Shown in pieces: positions 9,330-19,350 of a DNA stretch of 64,000 nt. The stretch is from Opitutaceae bacterium (lineage in GTDB: Bacteria; Verrucomicrobiota; Verrucomicrobiia; Opitutales; Opitutaceae). The stretch is from contig DASTWZ010000039.1 in the NCBI GenBank assembly GCA_035765635.1, positions 46,829-110,828 of the forward strand. The letters run 5' to 3'. The position numbers and the translations under genes are program-made. Positions within the stretch are counted from its first letter, which is position 1. Every line of letters starts with the position of its first letter. A model generated the notes under the pieces. It was not told where the DNA came from. It saw only the letters and a program-made list of their open reading frames with translations, and searched no databases.

Positions 9330-10718
9330 ATGAAATCACGTTTTCTCTCCCGTTTTGTTCGCGCCAGCGCGCCGCGCTTCGCGACTTCTGTTTTCGCCGC
9401 GGCAGCCTTGGCCTCGGCAGTGGTCCTTCCGTCGATCGCGTCCGCTGTGACGGAAGTCGCCACGCCGAAATATCAGCCGATGCCGGATGATCCGTATTTC
9501 GCGATCTATCATCCGCGCCTCGCGCCTGAGCCCGGTCCGTTGCTGCTCCGCAAGGGCGACAAACTCGTGATCATCGGAGACTCGATCACCGAGCAAAAAT
9601 TGTACTGCCGCATTCTCGAAACCTATCTCCGCGTCTGCCGGCCCGATCTCGAACTCGACATTCGTCAACTCGGCTGGAGCGGCGAAACGGTCGAAGGCTT
9701 TCGCAAGCGGGTCGAACAGGATTGCCTTCGCTTTCATCCCGATGTCGCGACGCTGTGCTATGGCATGAACGACTCGAAATATCGGCCGTACGACGACGCG
9801 AACGGCACTTGGTTTCGGGAAAATCTCACCGCGTTGGTCGAGCAGTTCAAGGGGGCGAACATGCGCGTGGTGGTCGGCTCTCCTGGCATCGCGGAGAATC
9901 ATGCCGTGTGGGTCAAACCGCGCGCCGGCACGCTCGAGGAGCACAACCTAAATCTTTGCACGCTGCGCGACATCGCGCTGGACGTGGCCACCGCGGAGGA
10001 CACGCGTTTCGCCGACGTATTTTTGCCAATGCTGAAAGCGGGCTTCACCGCGCGCGCCCGCTACGGCGCGAATCCCGACGCGCCTTATGCCCTCGCGGGC
10101 AAGGACGGCATTCACCCGGGCTGGGCCGGGCACTTGGTCATGGCGTATGCATTTTTGCGCGGCCTCGGAGTCGGCGGAGATCAGGGCACCTTCACGGTGG
10201 ACATGAGTGCGAAAAAGGCGGAGGCCACGCCCGGGCACCATGTCGATCGTTTCAACGGCTCCGAATTAGTGATCACCAGCTCGCGTTATCCGTTTTGTGC
10301 GGAGGGTCCGGTGGACCGCGACGATTCGATTCGCTCGGGCATGTCGCTCGTGCCGTTCGCGCAGGAGTTCAATCGGCTGCGCCTCGTGATCCACGGTAGC
10401 CCGACGGCGCATTATTCGATCACGTGGGGCGACGAGTTTCGGCAGTATAGCGCGGCGGAACTCGAGGCCGGCGTGAATCTAGCGGAAGAATTTCCGAAAA
10501 ATCCCTTCAGTGCTGCGTTCGCGAAAGTGGACGAAGCCGTCGCGGCGAAACAGGCCTTCGAAACAAAGCAGGTGAAACAGATTTTCCACGGACCCGAGGG
10601 CAAAGCGAATATCGAAGAGGCCGTCGCGCGCACCGAAGCGGAGCGGGCCAAACTCGTGCAAGCGATCAAGGACGCGTTCGTGCCGGTGACGCACACGATA
10701 AAGATCGCAGTGCATTGA
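9330..10718 (+). CDS. secreted SGNH/GDSL hydrolase family protein
   Basis: Signal peptide, then block I VIIGDSITEQ and a later GIHPG-type block. A C-terminal extra domain is present. Confidence 0.8.
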   Translation: MKSRFLSRFVRASAPRFATSVFAAAALASAVVLPSIASAVTEVATPKYQPMPDDPYFAIYHPRLAPEPGPLLLRKGDKLVIIGDSITEQKLYCRILETYLRVCRPDLELDIRQLGWSGETVEGFRKRVEQDCLRFHPDVATLCYGMNDSKYRPYDDANGTWFRENLTALVEQFKGANMRVVVGSPGIAENHAVWVKPRAGTLEEHNLNLCTLRDIALDVATAEDTRFADVFLPMLKAGFTARARYGANPDAPYALAGKDGIHPGWAGHLVMAYAFLRGLGVGGDQGTFTVDMSAKKAEATPGHHVDRFNGSELVITSSRYPFCAEGPVDRDDSIRSGMSLVPFAQEFNRLRLVIHGSPTAHYSITWGDEFRQYSAAELEAGVNLAEEFPKNPFSAAFAKVDEAVAAKQAFETKQVKQIFHGPEGKANIEEAVARTEAERAKLVQAIKDAFVPVTHTIKIAVH

Positions 10719-10761
10719 TTTGTCGCGGGGGTGGCGCGAAGTGCGGCGAGCCATCTGCCGT

Positions 10762-10832
10762 GATCGAGTGCGTCCGCGCCCTGGGGCGCGGACATTTGGT
10801 AGGTTGGCCGGCGAGGACGCCAGCGCTCCCAG
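10762..10832. repeat. CGAGTGCGTCCGCGC..GCGCGGAC hairpin plus GCCGGCGAGGACGCCAGCGCTCCCAG unit
   Basis: Same composite unit as at 3247-3320 and 44598-44662. Confidence 0.8.
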
Positions 10833-10835
10833 TTC

Positions 10836-10975
10836 GCACGCGTAGTTTCACGTCGTGAGTGGCTTCCCGTCGCACGCGTAGTTTCGTGTCGCGAGTGTAA
10901 GCGCCAGTCCCCACGCGAGATTTCACGTCGCGAACGTCGGCGCCAGTCCACACGCGTGGATCTTCGTGGCAAACG
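10836..10975. repeat. four tandem ~36-39 bp repeats (consensus about CACGCGTAGTTTCACGTCGYGAGTG)
   Basis: Units begin near 10836, 10872, 10911 and 10949. The conserved core is about 25 nt with about 12 nt of variable linker. Confidence 0.7.
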
Positions 10976-10984
10976 AGGGAAGCG

Positions 10985-11030
10985 TTCAGCCTTCAGCCTT
11001 CAGCTTTCAGCCTTCGGCCTTCAGCTTCCG
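10985..11030. repeat. AGCCTTC heptamer array
   Basis: TTCAGCCTTCAGCCTTCAGCTTTCAGCCTTCGGCCTTCAGCTTCC. Same family as 25905-26050, 27079-27190, 41271-41335 and 49998-50372. Confidence 0.85.
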
Positions 11031-11067
11031 CCATTCTGCACTCTTCCTTCTACCTTCTTCCTTTGTC

Positions 11068-11814
11068 TTACCTCAGTCCTCCGCCTACGCGGAGCTGTTC
11101 GCCGGTGACCCAGCGGGAGTCGTCGGAGGCGAGGAAAACGGCGACGTCGGCGATGTCGTCGGGGGCGCCGATGCGGCCGAGCGGCGTTTGCGCTTTGGTC
11201 GCGCCCTCGAAATCGGAGCCGATGAAGCCGGCGCTGCGCGTGCCCTCGGTGTTGACCATGCCGGGATTGAGCGCGTTGACGCGGATTTTCTTCGGGCCGA
11301 GTTCCTTCGCGAGCACGCCGGTGATCGCGTCGACCGCGCCCTTGGTGCCCGTGTACACGGAGCTGTGCGGCGGTGTGAGCGTGCTGACGACCGAACCGAC
11401 GTTGATGATGCTGCCGCCTTCGCCGAGGTGTTTCACGGCGGCGCGCGTGGTGAGGAGCAGACCGAGGACGTTGATATTGAATTGGCGGTGAAACTGATCC
11501 TCGGTGAACGACTCGATCGGGGAGAATTCGTAGACCCCGGAATTGTTGACGAGGACATCGATGCGGCCGAACGACTTGACGGCGCTGCCGATAATCCCTT
11601 CCGCCTCGGATGCCTTGGAAACATCACCCCCGACGGCAATGGCCTTGCCCCCCGAAGCGGTGATTTCCGACACGACTTTGTCGGCGCCTTCCTTGCTGGA
11701 GGCGTAGTTGACCACGACGGAGGCGCCGGCGGCGGCGAGGGATTTGGCGATGGCGGCGCCGATGCCTTTGGACGCACCGGTTACGACTGCGACTTTGCCT
11801 GCGAGTTTGCTCAT
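11068..11814 (-). CDS. SDR family oxidoreductase
   Basis: N-terminal KVAVVTGASKGIGAAIA (TGxxxGxG), an NNSG motif, and YTGTKGAV (YxxxK). Confidence 0.9.
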   Translation of the reverse strand: MSKLAGKVAVVTGASKGIGAAIAKSLAAAGASVVVNYASSKEGADKVVSEITASGGKAIAVGGDVSKASEAEGIIGSAVKSFGRIDVLVNNSGVYEFSPIESFTEDQFHRQFNINVLGLLLTTRAAVKHLGEGGSIINVGSVVSTLTPPHSSVYTGTKGAVDAITGVLAKELGPKKIRVNALNPGMVNTEGTRSAGFIGSDFEGATKAQTPLGRIGAPDDIADVAVFLASDDSRWVTGEQLRVGGGLR

Positions 11815-11954
11815 GATGCTGACCCTATGATTTCGATTTGGAGAACCTGCCGCCCGCCCGCCGGAGATCGGCGGGACAATTGCGAGGCGTTTAGTTCAAT
11901 AGTTCCGAAACTACGAACTATCGACAAACGGTCAAGCGCGGCTACATTAATTTC

Positions 11955-12338
11955 ATGAAACCCCTCTTCCATCCCTCGATCGAAGATGTGACGGTGGAAG
12001 GCATTCTCCACGCGTTATCCGATCCGGTGCGCGCGTCGATTTTCTTGGATATCGCCGGAACGACCAGTTCGCTGACGTGTTCGAATTTCCCCAGCGCGCG
12101 CGAGCAAAACGTGCCGAAGTCGACGCTCTCGCAGCATTTCAAGGTCTTGCGCGACGCCGGGCTGATCCGCGGCGAGCGTCACGGTGTGGAAATGAAAAAC
12201 GTCTCGCGTTGCGCTGAGATCGAAAAACGTTTTCCCGGCCTGATCCCGTCGATCATCCGGGCCAAAACGATTCAAAAACAGGGCAAATCCCACGGCGGTG
12301 CCGGAGCAAAGACGAAATCGGCGTCAACGCGCCGCTAA
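11955..12338 (+). CDS. ArsR-family helix-turn-helix transcriptional regulator
   Basis: ILHALSDPVRASIFLDI ... STLSQHFKVLRDAGLI is typical of ArsR/SmtB wHTH proteins. It is divergent from the SDR gene. Confidence 0.75.
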   Translation: MKPLFHPSIEDVTVEGILHALSDPVRASIFLDIAGTTSSLTCSNFPSAREQNVPKSTLSQHFKVLRDAGLIRGERHGVEMKNVSRCAEIEKRFPGLIPSIIRAKTIQKQGKSHGGAGAKTKSASTRR

Positions 12339-12360
12339 GCTGGAGCCGCTAGAAAAAAAA

Positions 12361-12572
12361 GCTTAGCCGCAACAAAAGCCAAGCCCACCGATCTTTTTCC
12401 CCACGAATCGCACGAAGCACACGAAATCGGAAAATTATTTCCGACGGAAATCACGGAGGGCATTTTTTGGTTTCCGTGCTCTCCGTGTATTCCGTGGGAA
12501 TATGGTTTGGTCGTTTCGCGATTCGTGTGCTTCGTGTGATTCGTGGGAAAAATCGGTTTGGTTGCGGCTATC
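12361..12572. repeat. nested inverted-repeat element (outer arms CCCACGAATCGCACGAAGCACACGAA / TTCGTGTGCTTCGTGTGATTCGTGGG; inner arms ..CGGAAATCACGGAGG / TTCCGTGCTCTCCGTGTATTCCGTGGG)
   Basis: Both arm pairs are visible. Other copies are at 19322-19531 and 54009-54210, with a half copy at 46634-46728. Confidence 0.85.
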
Positions 12573-14126
12573 CTATTCGCGGTCGAAAACTAGAGTTTGC
12601 CAGATCCTTTTCTCTCCGGCGCGCCAGGAATCGGAGACGATCGACATCACCAATCGGTCGCCTTTCTCCGTCAGACTCCAGGTCTCGTGTGATTTCAATT
12701 TCGTTCCGGGAGGACCAAACGAAAGCGCGGTCACCGACTCGAGATCGATCACGGAACCATCCGCGGTGACTTTTCCGATCGTCGTGCGCTCGGATTTGAA
12801 AAGCTCGTTTTTCGCCTCTGTTCCGTCCAGGCGATAGGTCGCATCGAGGACTTCGTCATCGGCGTATTCGCGCGGCACCGTGGAGCGAACGTCGAGGCTT
12901 TCGCCCTTGCGCTTCACCACGAGTTTCACCGGGACGCGCGTCGCGCCGAATTCGCCGAAGGTGCAGAGGCCTTCGTTCAATTTCCAGGCGCCGGAGAAAT
13001 CGCCGAGTGCGGCCTGCGGTTCGAGCGCGCGCAGTCCGATTTCCTTGCGATAGTCCGCCGAGGCTTTCGCGTAAGCGGGATCGTGCAGCGCGAGCATGCG
13101 GTTCGCGGAAAATGCTTCGATGTATCCGCGGCGCGTGGTGCCGCGCACCATGCCGGCCCAAACCGCGTAGTAGGTCCAGAGCGGTTGCGCGTCCATGATG
13201 GCCGGCGCGGGTGGGTTGCCGACTTCGGCCAGCGCGAGAGGTTTGCCCTGCGAAAGTTTGACCAGACTGTCGTAGTACGCCTGAGCGAAGTCATTTCCGT
13301 ACACGTCGAGGCCGAGCATATCCAGATACTGGATACCGGGAAAATATTTCTCGTGCGCCATCTCCGGCTTGTTGGGGCGGTCCACGCTCCAAATCCACAG
13401 CAGGTTTTTCAGGTGATGGTGATTGACGAGGCGGTCGAAGATTTGCCGGTACAGCGCCGCGGTGGTGAACTCTCCCTCGGTCCGGCCGCCCCACCAAAAC
13501 CAGTCGCCATTCATTTCGTGATAGGGGCGCCACAGCACCGGGACGTGGGCGTCCTGTAGTTGTTTTAGAAATACAGCGATCGCGTCGACCTGCGCCTCCC
13601 ATTTCTCGTGCAGCGCCGTGCCGGGCGTGAGCACATCCTTGAACTGCGCGTCGGTCAACTGGCCCTGCACGCTCTTCAACTGATTCGGATCGGCGCCGGG
13701 AAGGGGGCGAAACGTGACCGGCTCATCCGCCGTGGGCGGCACGGCGTGCCAGCAAAGGCTGACGATGGCGCCTTGTTTGTGCTGGCGAATCGCCTCGGCA
13801 ACGACGATGGAGCGCGCCTGGTACGAATCGAAATCACCGGGCTCGGCAAAACCAAAATCCGAAGTCCACACCGCCGGCATTCGCCCCGTATACTCGGCGG
13901 CGAAGTCGGTGTTGCGCGCCGCGACAGAGGGAAAGTTGTGCTGCCCGATCAGGGTGTATTTGCCGGAGATCGATCGAAGAAACTTCAGCAAGGCCACGGC
14001 TTCCGGAGAGGCGTCGGGCGTCACCGGTGCGCTCGATGCGAGGGAAGACGACGACTCGGCGAAAACGCTGGCGGCAAAAAGCAGAAGCGAAAGAACCAGT
14101 CCGGTGAGCTTGCGATGGGCAGTCAT
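12573..14126 (-). CDS. glycoside hydrolase family 26 (beta-mannanase-like) with a C-terminal beta-barrel-like domain
   Basis: Signal peptide and the GH26 hallmark LWRPYHEMNGDWFWWGG. Confidence 0.85.
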   Translation of the reverse strand: MTAHRKLTGLVLSLLLFAASVFAESSSSLASSAPVTPDASPEAVALLKFLRSISGKYTLIGQHNFPSVAARNTDFAAEYTGRMPAVWTSDFGFAEPGDFDSYQARSIVVAEAIRQHKQGAIVSLCWHAVPPTADEPVTFRPLPGADPNQLKSVQGQLTDAQFKDVLTPGTALHEKWEAQVDAIAVFLKQLQDAHVPVLWRPYHEMNGDWFWWGGRTEGEFTTAALYRQIFDRLVNHHHLKNLLWIWSVDRPNKPEMAHEKYFPGIQYLDMLGLDVYGNDFAQAYYDSLVKLSQGKPLALAEVGNPPAPAIMDAQPLWTYYAVWAGMVRGTTRRGYIEAFSANRMLALHDPAYAKASADYRKEIGLRALEPQAALGDFSGAWKLNEGLCTFGEFGATRVPVKLVVKRKGESLDVRSTVPREYADDEVLDATYRLDGTEAKNELFKSERTTIGKVTADGSVIDLESVTALSFGPPGTKLKSHETWSLTEKGDRLVMSIVSDSWRAGEKRIWQTLVFDRE

Positions 14127-14277
14127 GATGAGGGCTGTCTTGAAGTGAGAGGGGCCTGCGTAAAGGTTGCACGGAAGTTCGCCGGGGCCAGGCCGTCAAC
14201 TTTCACTCAATTGATTGACGGAGAGACCGCTCCCGCGATTTGCCCCGACGGCCGCCTGCCGTTTCAATGGGCTCAGA

Positions 14278-16071
14278 ATGGTTACCACTCCGCATCACAT
14301 GTTTTCCGGTTTCTCGAAACCCTCTTCGCGGCTCGCACTCGCGCCGGCGATTTTTCTGTTGGCCGCGACAGCATCGCTGCAACTTCGGGCCGCCGATAGC
14401 GAAGGCGAGGGCGACGCCATCAAAGGCAAAGCGTTTTTTCAGCAAAGCTGCGCGCTCTGTCACTCGGTCGAACTCACGCCGAACCGCGAGGTTATCACCG
14501 GCCAGGGCCCAAATCTTCTCGGTATATTTGGACGGAAAGCCGCCACCGGTGTGAAGTTCACCTACACCAAAGCCCTTCAGCAATCCGGGCTCACCTGGAA
14601 CGCTGCGTCGCTCGATCGTTTTCTGACCAATCCACCGGCGGCCGTGCCCGGCACGAACATGCCGATCCCGGTGCCCAACGTCGACGATCGGAAAAACGTG
14701 ATCGCCTACCTTGCCACGTTGAAGGCTCCGGCGGGAGTGGCGGTCACGGTCGGCGCGGAAGAAACTGAAACGCCGGCGACGCCCGCGCCGACCTCGGAGT
14801 CGGGCGATTGGCAGAACGCCAAGCCAGGCGTGCAGTATCACATCCAGGTCAGCGACCTTCCGAAGAATTTCGCGACGCCATCCGCGGGAAATAGTCCGCG
14901 AGTCGTCGATCGTCCCGAGGGTGCCGAGCCGTCGGCGCCGTCGGGTTTCGCCGTGAAACTCTTCGCCTCGAATCTCGAAGGTGGCCGCATCATTCGCGTC
15001 GCGCCGAATGGAGACATCTTCATCGCCGAAACGCGCGGCAGCCGCCTCCGCGTTATTCGCGCCGCCGATGGCGCCGAGTCGCCCTCCCTAAATCAGATAT
15101 TCCTGGATCACGGCCTCGATCGGCCCTTCGGCTTGGCCTTCTACCCGCTCGGCGACAACCCGCAGTGGCTCTACATCGCGAACAATAATTCGGTAGTACG
15201 CGTGCCGTACCGAAACGGCGATCTGCAGGCTCGCGGGAAGCTCGAAGTGATCGTGCCAAAACTCTCCGACACGACGGGCGGCCACTCCACGCGCGACATC
15301 GCCTTCTCTCTCGATGGCAAACGCCTCTTCATTTCCGTCGGCTCGGGTTCGAATGTCGCCGACGGCATCGGCAAAAAAACGCCTGACGAAATCAAGGAAT
15401 GGGAAGCCGAGCACGGGTTCGGCGCGAGTTGGGGGTCAGAGACGAATCGCGCCGATATTCTCGTGACCGATCCGGAAGGGAAGGCCCCGTTGAAGCGGTT
15501 TGCCACGGGTATTCGCAACGGGGTGGGAATCACGGTCAACCCGACCACCGGCGAACTTTGGACCGCTACGAATGAGCGCGACGGGCTCGGCGACAATCTC
15601 GTGCCCGACTACATCACGCATGTGCAGGAAGGCGGCTACTACGGCTGGCCGTGGTACTATCTCGGCAATCACGAAGATCCGCGCCGCGCCGGTGAACGTC
15701 CCGATCTCGCCGGCAAAGCGATCGTGCCGGACGTGCTGATTCAGGCGCACTCCGCTGCGCTGGAACTGGTTTTCTATCCCACAAAACTGACGGGCCCGGC
15801 GGCGTTTCCCGCCGAGTATCGGGGCGATGCGTTTGTCGCACTGCATGGCTCCTGGAACCGCGGCCTGCGCACCGGTTACAAAGTGATTCGGGCGCATTTC
15901 GACCACGGAAAGGCGAAGGGCACGTACGAAGATTTTCTCACCGGCTTCGTGGTGAACAATCGCAGCGTTTGGGGCCGCCCGGTGGGAGTCGCGGTCGCTC
16001 ATGACGGCGCGCTGCTCGTGACGGACGATGGCAACGGCACGCTCTGGCGCGTCGCGCCGACCGGAAAATAA
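14278..16071 (+). CDS. cytochrome c domain fused to a PQQ-dependent sugar/sorbosone dehydrogenase beta-propeller
   Basis: Heme motif CALCHSV with a downstream Met (NMPIP). The propeller part (GSNVADG, GIRNGVGITVNP, ERDGLGDNLVPDY, GGYYGWPW) matches the soluble glucose/sorbosone dehydrogenase family. The start is chosen at MVTTPHH and alternatives exist. Confidence 0.85.
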   Translation: MVTTPHHMFSGFSKPSSRLALAPAIFLLAATASLQLRAADSEGEGDAIKGKAFFQQSCALCHSVELTPNREVITGQGPNLLGIFGRKAATGVKFTYTKALQQSGLTWNAASLDRFLTNPPAAVPGTNMPIPVPNVDDRKNVIAYLATLKAPAGVAVTVGAEETETPATPAPTSESGDWQNAKPGVQYHIQVSDLPKNFATPSAGNSPRVVDRPEGAEPSAPSGFAVKLFASNLEGGRIIRVAPNGDIFIAETRGSRLRVIRAADGAESPSLNQIFLDHGLDRPFGLAFYPLGDNPQWLYIANNNSVVRVPYRNGDLQARGKLEVIVPKLSDTTGGHSTRDIAFSLDGKRLFISVGSGSNVADGIGKKTPDEIKEWEAEHGFGASWGSETNRADILVTDPEGKAPLKRFATGIRNGVGITVNPTTGELWTATNERDGLGDNLVPDYITHVQEGGYYGWPWYYLGNHEDPRRAGERPDLAGKAIVPDVLIQAHSAALELVFYPTKLTGPAAFPAEYRGDAFVALHGSWNRGLRTGYKVIRAHFDHGKAKGTYEDFLTGFVVNNRSVWGRPVGVAVAHDGALLVTDDGNGTLWRVAPTGK

Positions 16072-16181
16072 TCCGGAATTCTTTCCGAGGGCCCGGTCGA
16101 AAACGCCGGGCCTCGTTCGTTTAGAGGGTGCCGGACAGTTCATGCCCGGCTCGAAAATCGAACCTCAAGAATCGAATTATC

Positions 16182-16925
16182 ATGATAACGCAAGAGACTG
16201 CCCTGCCGCCCGTGGTGTTCCGCGCCGAATGGCTCAAAGCGCGCAAAGCGCTTCTCGAAAAAGAAAAAAATCTGACGCGGGCGCGCGACGCCTTGAACGC
16301 CGAGCGCCGCCGCCTGCCCATGGTCAAAATCGAAAAAAACTACATTTTCGAGGGGCCGGAAGGGAAGGTGCCGTTCATCGATCTCTTTCAGGGGCGCCGT
16401 CAGCTCTACGTTCATCATTTCATGTGGAACGAGGAAACGCAGACCCATTGCCCGGGCTGCACCGCGGCTGCGCACGTGGCTTTCACCGATCGCGTGCTTC
16501 AGCATTTGCACGACAAGGATGTGACCTTCGTCGCGATCTCGCGCGCGCCGCTCGCGAAAATCACGCCGTACAAAGAACAAAACAAGTGGACGTTTCCGTG
16601 GTATTCCGCGGACGGCACCGATTTCAATTACGACTTCCATATCACGCTCGATGAGTCACGCGCGCCGGTGGAATACAATTATCGCAACAAGGCGGAGCTG
16701 CTGAGTCATGGCGACACGGAGGAGTCGCTCCACGGCGATCGCACCGGCGCGAGCGTCTTCCTGCGCAACGGGAACGATATTTTCCACACGTACTCTGCGT
16801 ATGCTCGCGGAATGGATCTCACTTTCACGCCGGTGCATTTCCTCGAAATGACGCCTTATGGTCGGCAGGAAGAGTGGGAGGATTCTCCGGCGGGCTGGCC
16901 GCAACGGCCGACTTACGGCGGTTGA
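16182..16925 (+). CDS. DUF899 thioredoxin-like family protein
   Basis: AEWLKARKALLEKEKNLTRARDALNAERRRLPMVKIEKNYIFEG...LYVHHFMW is typical of DUF899. Confidence 0.8.
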   Translation: MITQETALPPVVFRAEWLKARKALLEKEKNLTRARDALNAERRRLPMVKIEKNYIFEGPEGKVPFIDLFQGRRQLYVHHFMWNEETQTHCPGCTAAAHVAFTDRVLQHLHDKDVTFVAISRAPLAKITPYKEQNKWTFPWYSADGTDFNYDFHITLDESRAPVEYNYRNKAELLSHGDTEESLHGDRTGASVFLRNGNDIFHTYSAYARGMDLTFTPVHFLEMTPYGRQEEWEDSPAGWPQRPTYGG

Positions 16926-16980
16926 GCCGGCGGCCCCGTTGACAGTCGAGTAGCGGACGGGCAGCAGTTGACGCACTCAA

Positions 16981-19350
16981 ATGCGTGCTGCTGCCCCCGG
17001 CGCCAAATCGAGCGAAGCTTTGCCAACTCGCGACTTCATTCCGCTTTGGCTGAAGAAAATCTGCCTCGCGATTTTCTTTCCGCTTGCGCTGCTCGGCGCG
17101 CTCGAAGGCGGCTTGCGCGTCACCGGATTTGGGCACGCGACGACGTTTTTCGTGCGCGACGAAAACGCCGGGATGCTGCGAACGAACCCCCGGTTCACCG
17201 AATTGTTTTTTCCCGCGCAGTTCGGTTTGAAGCCGCTGAATTTTCGTTTGCCGGGGAAAAAGCCGGAGGGCGCGTTTCGCGTTTTTCTCCTCGGTGAGTC
17301 GGCCGCGATGGGCGTGCCCGAGCCGGGCTTCGCGCTCGTGCCGCAGATTCGCGCGCAATTGCAGCACGCGCATCCGGATCGACGCATCGAAGTCTACAAT
17401 CTCGGCGTGACCGCGATCAATTCGCACGCCGTGCGTTTGATAGCGCGAGAGGCGCTTTCGCTTCAGCCCGACCTGCTTGTGATTTACATGGGCAACAACG
17501 AAGTCGTGGGGCCGTACGGGCCGGGCTCATCGGTAACGGACAGCGTGCTGCCGGTGTCGGCCATTCGCGCGAGTCTTTGGATCAAACGCACGCGAGTCGG
17601 ACAACTCTTGCAGCGGCTCGTCGGGCTGGTCGGCTCCGGAGACGGCCGCAGCACCGAGTGGCGGGGCATGGAGATGTTTGCCGGCAAAACGGTGGGCGCG
17701 GACGATCCGCGACTGGCCACGGTCTACAGAAATTTCTCGGCCAATTTGAGCGACATGCTCGATGCGGCGCGCCGGGCGAAGGTCAAAGTCGTGCTCTCGA
17801 CCGTGGCGGTAAACCTGCGTGAGTGTGCGCCCTTCGCCTCCATCCATCGTGCCACGCTCTCGGGCGATGAACGCGCAAAGTTCGACGAGACATACGCCGC
17901 GGGAATATTTTCGGCGGAGACGGAAAACTGGGTCGCGGCTCGGGAGAACTTCGAGCGCGCTCTCGCGATCGATTCGAATTTTGCCGATGCGCATTTTTCG
18001 CTCGCGCGAGTTTTCGAGAAGCTCGGCGACGACAAAAACGCGCGTATCCAGTTTCTGGAGTCACGGGACAAGGACGCGCTGCGTTTTCGGGCGGACGCGC
18101 GGTTGAATGAAATTATCCGCCGCGCCGCGGCAGCTCGCGAAGGTGAAGTCGCCTTGATCGATGCGGCCAAGGAACTCGGCGCGGAGAGTGATTCCGCGTC
18201 ACCGCTTACGGATCACCGATTTTTCTTCGAGCATGTTCATCTGACCTGGGACGGAAATTACGCGCTCGCGGCGTTGCTCGCCCGCGGCGCGGATGCGCTT
18301 GGCTTTCAGCACACGTTGGCGCCACTCGATCAAAATCAGATGGCGGCTCGACTCGGTTACACGACGTTTGGTGCATCGACGCTGCTGCTCCACATGGAGG
18401 AGCTCACCGGACGTCCGCCGTTCACCGCGCAGCAAACATTTGCCGAGGACCGCGCGGCGTTGCTTCAGGCCATCGCTCGCGCCAACGCCGAATTGGCTTC
18501 GCGGCAAGTGCTCGGCGACTGCGCCACGCGCGTCGATCGTGCGCTCGCTGCGGATCGAGAAAACGCGTTTCTCGCATTTCACGCCGCGGCGCTGGCGATG
18601 CGCACGAACGCGTTCGATCGAGCCTTGACGCTCAACGAAGACGTGCGGCGGCTCGAACCGCGTTCGCCGGAAAATCTGGCGCAACGCGCCTTTGCCTCGA
18701 TGGAGCTGCGGCGCGGCGCCGAGGCGGAAGCGCTGCTGCTCGAATCCGCCAAGGAGAGTCCGTATTATTTTCAGACGTACGGCTTGCTCGCTCAACTTTG
18801 GTTGCGCGAAGGAAAGGCCGCGAATGGCGCTGCCTGGTTCAAAGATCTCGCCGCGCGACTGCCCTCGAGCCGCGGTGCGCATGAAATGTACGCGGAACTT
18901 CTCGCCGCGAGCGGAGACACGAAGGCGGCCGAGGCCGAGTGGGAAAATGTTCTGCGGCTCAGCCCCGACAGTGAAACCGCGCTTTTGCCACTGTTGAAAA
19001 ACGCGTTCGCCGCGAACGACGTGGCCAAAGCCAAGCGCCTGATGCTCGAAGCCTATCGCTACAATCCACGGAGCTTCGCGAATGACGCGCGCCTTCAACA
19101 AATCGCCGAAGCGGATGGCGACCTCGCCAAAAACATCGAGTACTTGCAGGCGATGGCCGCGAGCGGACCGGTCCGAACCGAATTGCATTTCGACCTGGCG
19201 GACCTTCTCGCAAAAGCCGGCCGCTCAAAAGAAGCCCTCGTCGAACTTTACCGCGCCCGCCGCGAAGCTCACCTGGAAAACGACGCCCCCGCCGCATCGC
19301 GGGCCGACGAAGCAATTTTGGCCCACGAATCACACGAAAAACACGAATGA
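16981..19350 (+). CDS. membrane-anchored protein with an N-terminal SGNH-like domain and C-terminal TPR repeats
   Basis: TM segment ICLAIFFPLALLGAL, then FRVFLLGESAAMG. Multiple TPR-like A/L/Y-rich repeats follow. The last 8 codons and the stop lie in the nested-IR repeat. Confidence 0.75.
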   Translation: MRAAAPGAKSSEALPTRDFIPLWLKKICLAIFFPLALLGALEGGLRVTGFGHATTFFVRDENAGMLRTNPRFTELFFPAQFGLKPLNFRLPGKKPEGAFRVFLLGESAAMGVPEPGFALVPQIRAQLQHAHPDRRIEVYNLGVTAINSHAVRLIAREALSLQPDLLVIYMGNNEVVGPYGPGSSVTDSVLPVSAIRASLWIKRTRVGQLLQRLVGLVGSGDGRSTEWRGMEMFAGKTVGADDPRLATVYRNFSANLSDMLDAARRAKVKVVLSTVAVNLRECAPFASIHRATLSGDERAKFDETYAAGIFSAETENWVAARENFERALAIDSNFADAHFSLARVFEKLGDDKNARIQFLESRDKDALRFRADARLNEIIRRAAAAREGEVALIDAAKELGAESDSASPLTDHRFFFEHVHLTWDGNYALAALLARGADALGFQHTLAPLDQNQMAARLGYTTFGASTLLLHMEELTGRPPFTAQQTFAEDRAALLQAIARANAELASRQVLGDCATRVDRALAADRENAFLAFHAAALAMRTNAFDRALTLNEDVRRLEPRSPENLAQRAFASMELRRGAEAEALLLESAKESPYYFQTYGLLAQLWLREGKAANGAAWFKDLAARLPSSRGAHEMYAELLAASGDTKAAEAEWENVLRLSPDSETALLPLLKNAFAANDVAKAKRLMLEAYRYNPRSFANDARLQQIAEADGDLAKNIEYLQAMAASGPVRTELHFDLADLLAKAGRSKEALVELYRARREAHLENDAPAASRADEAILAHESHEKHE

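Noticed and set aside
10836-10975. Four tandem ~38-bp repeats considered as a possible mini-CRISPR array.
   Set aside because: The variable segments between the conserved cores are only about 12 nt, the period drifts between 36 and 39 nt, and there are only four units. No cas genes or leader are present. It is a plain degenerate tandem repeat.
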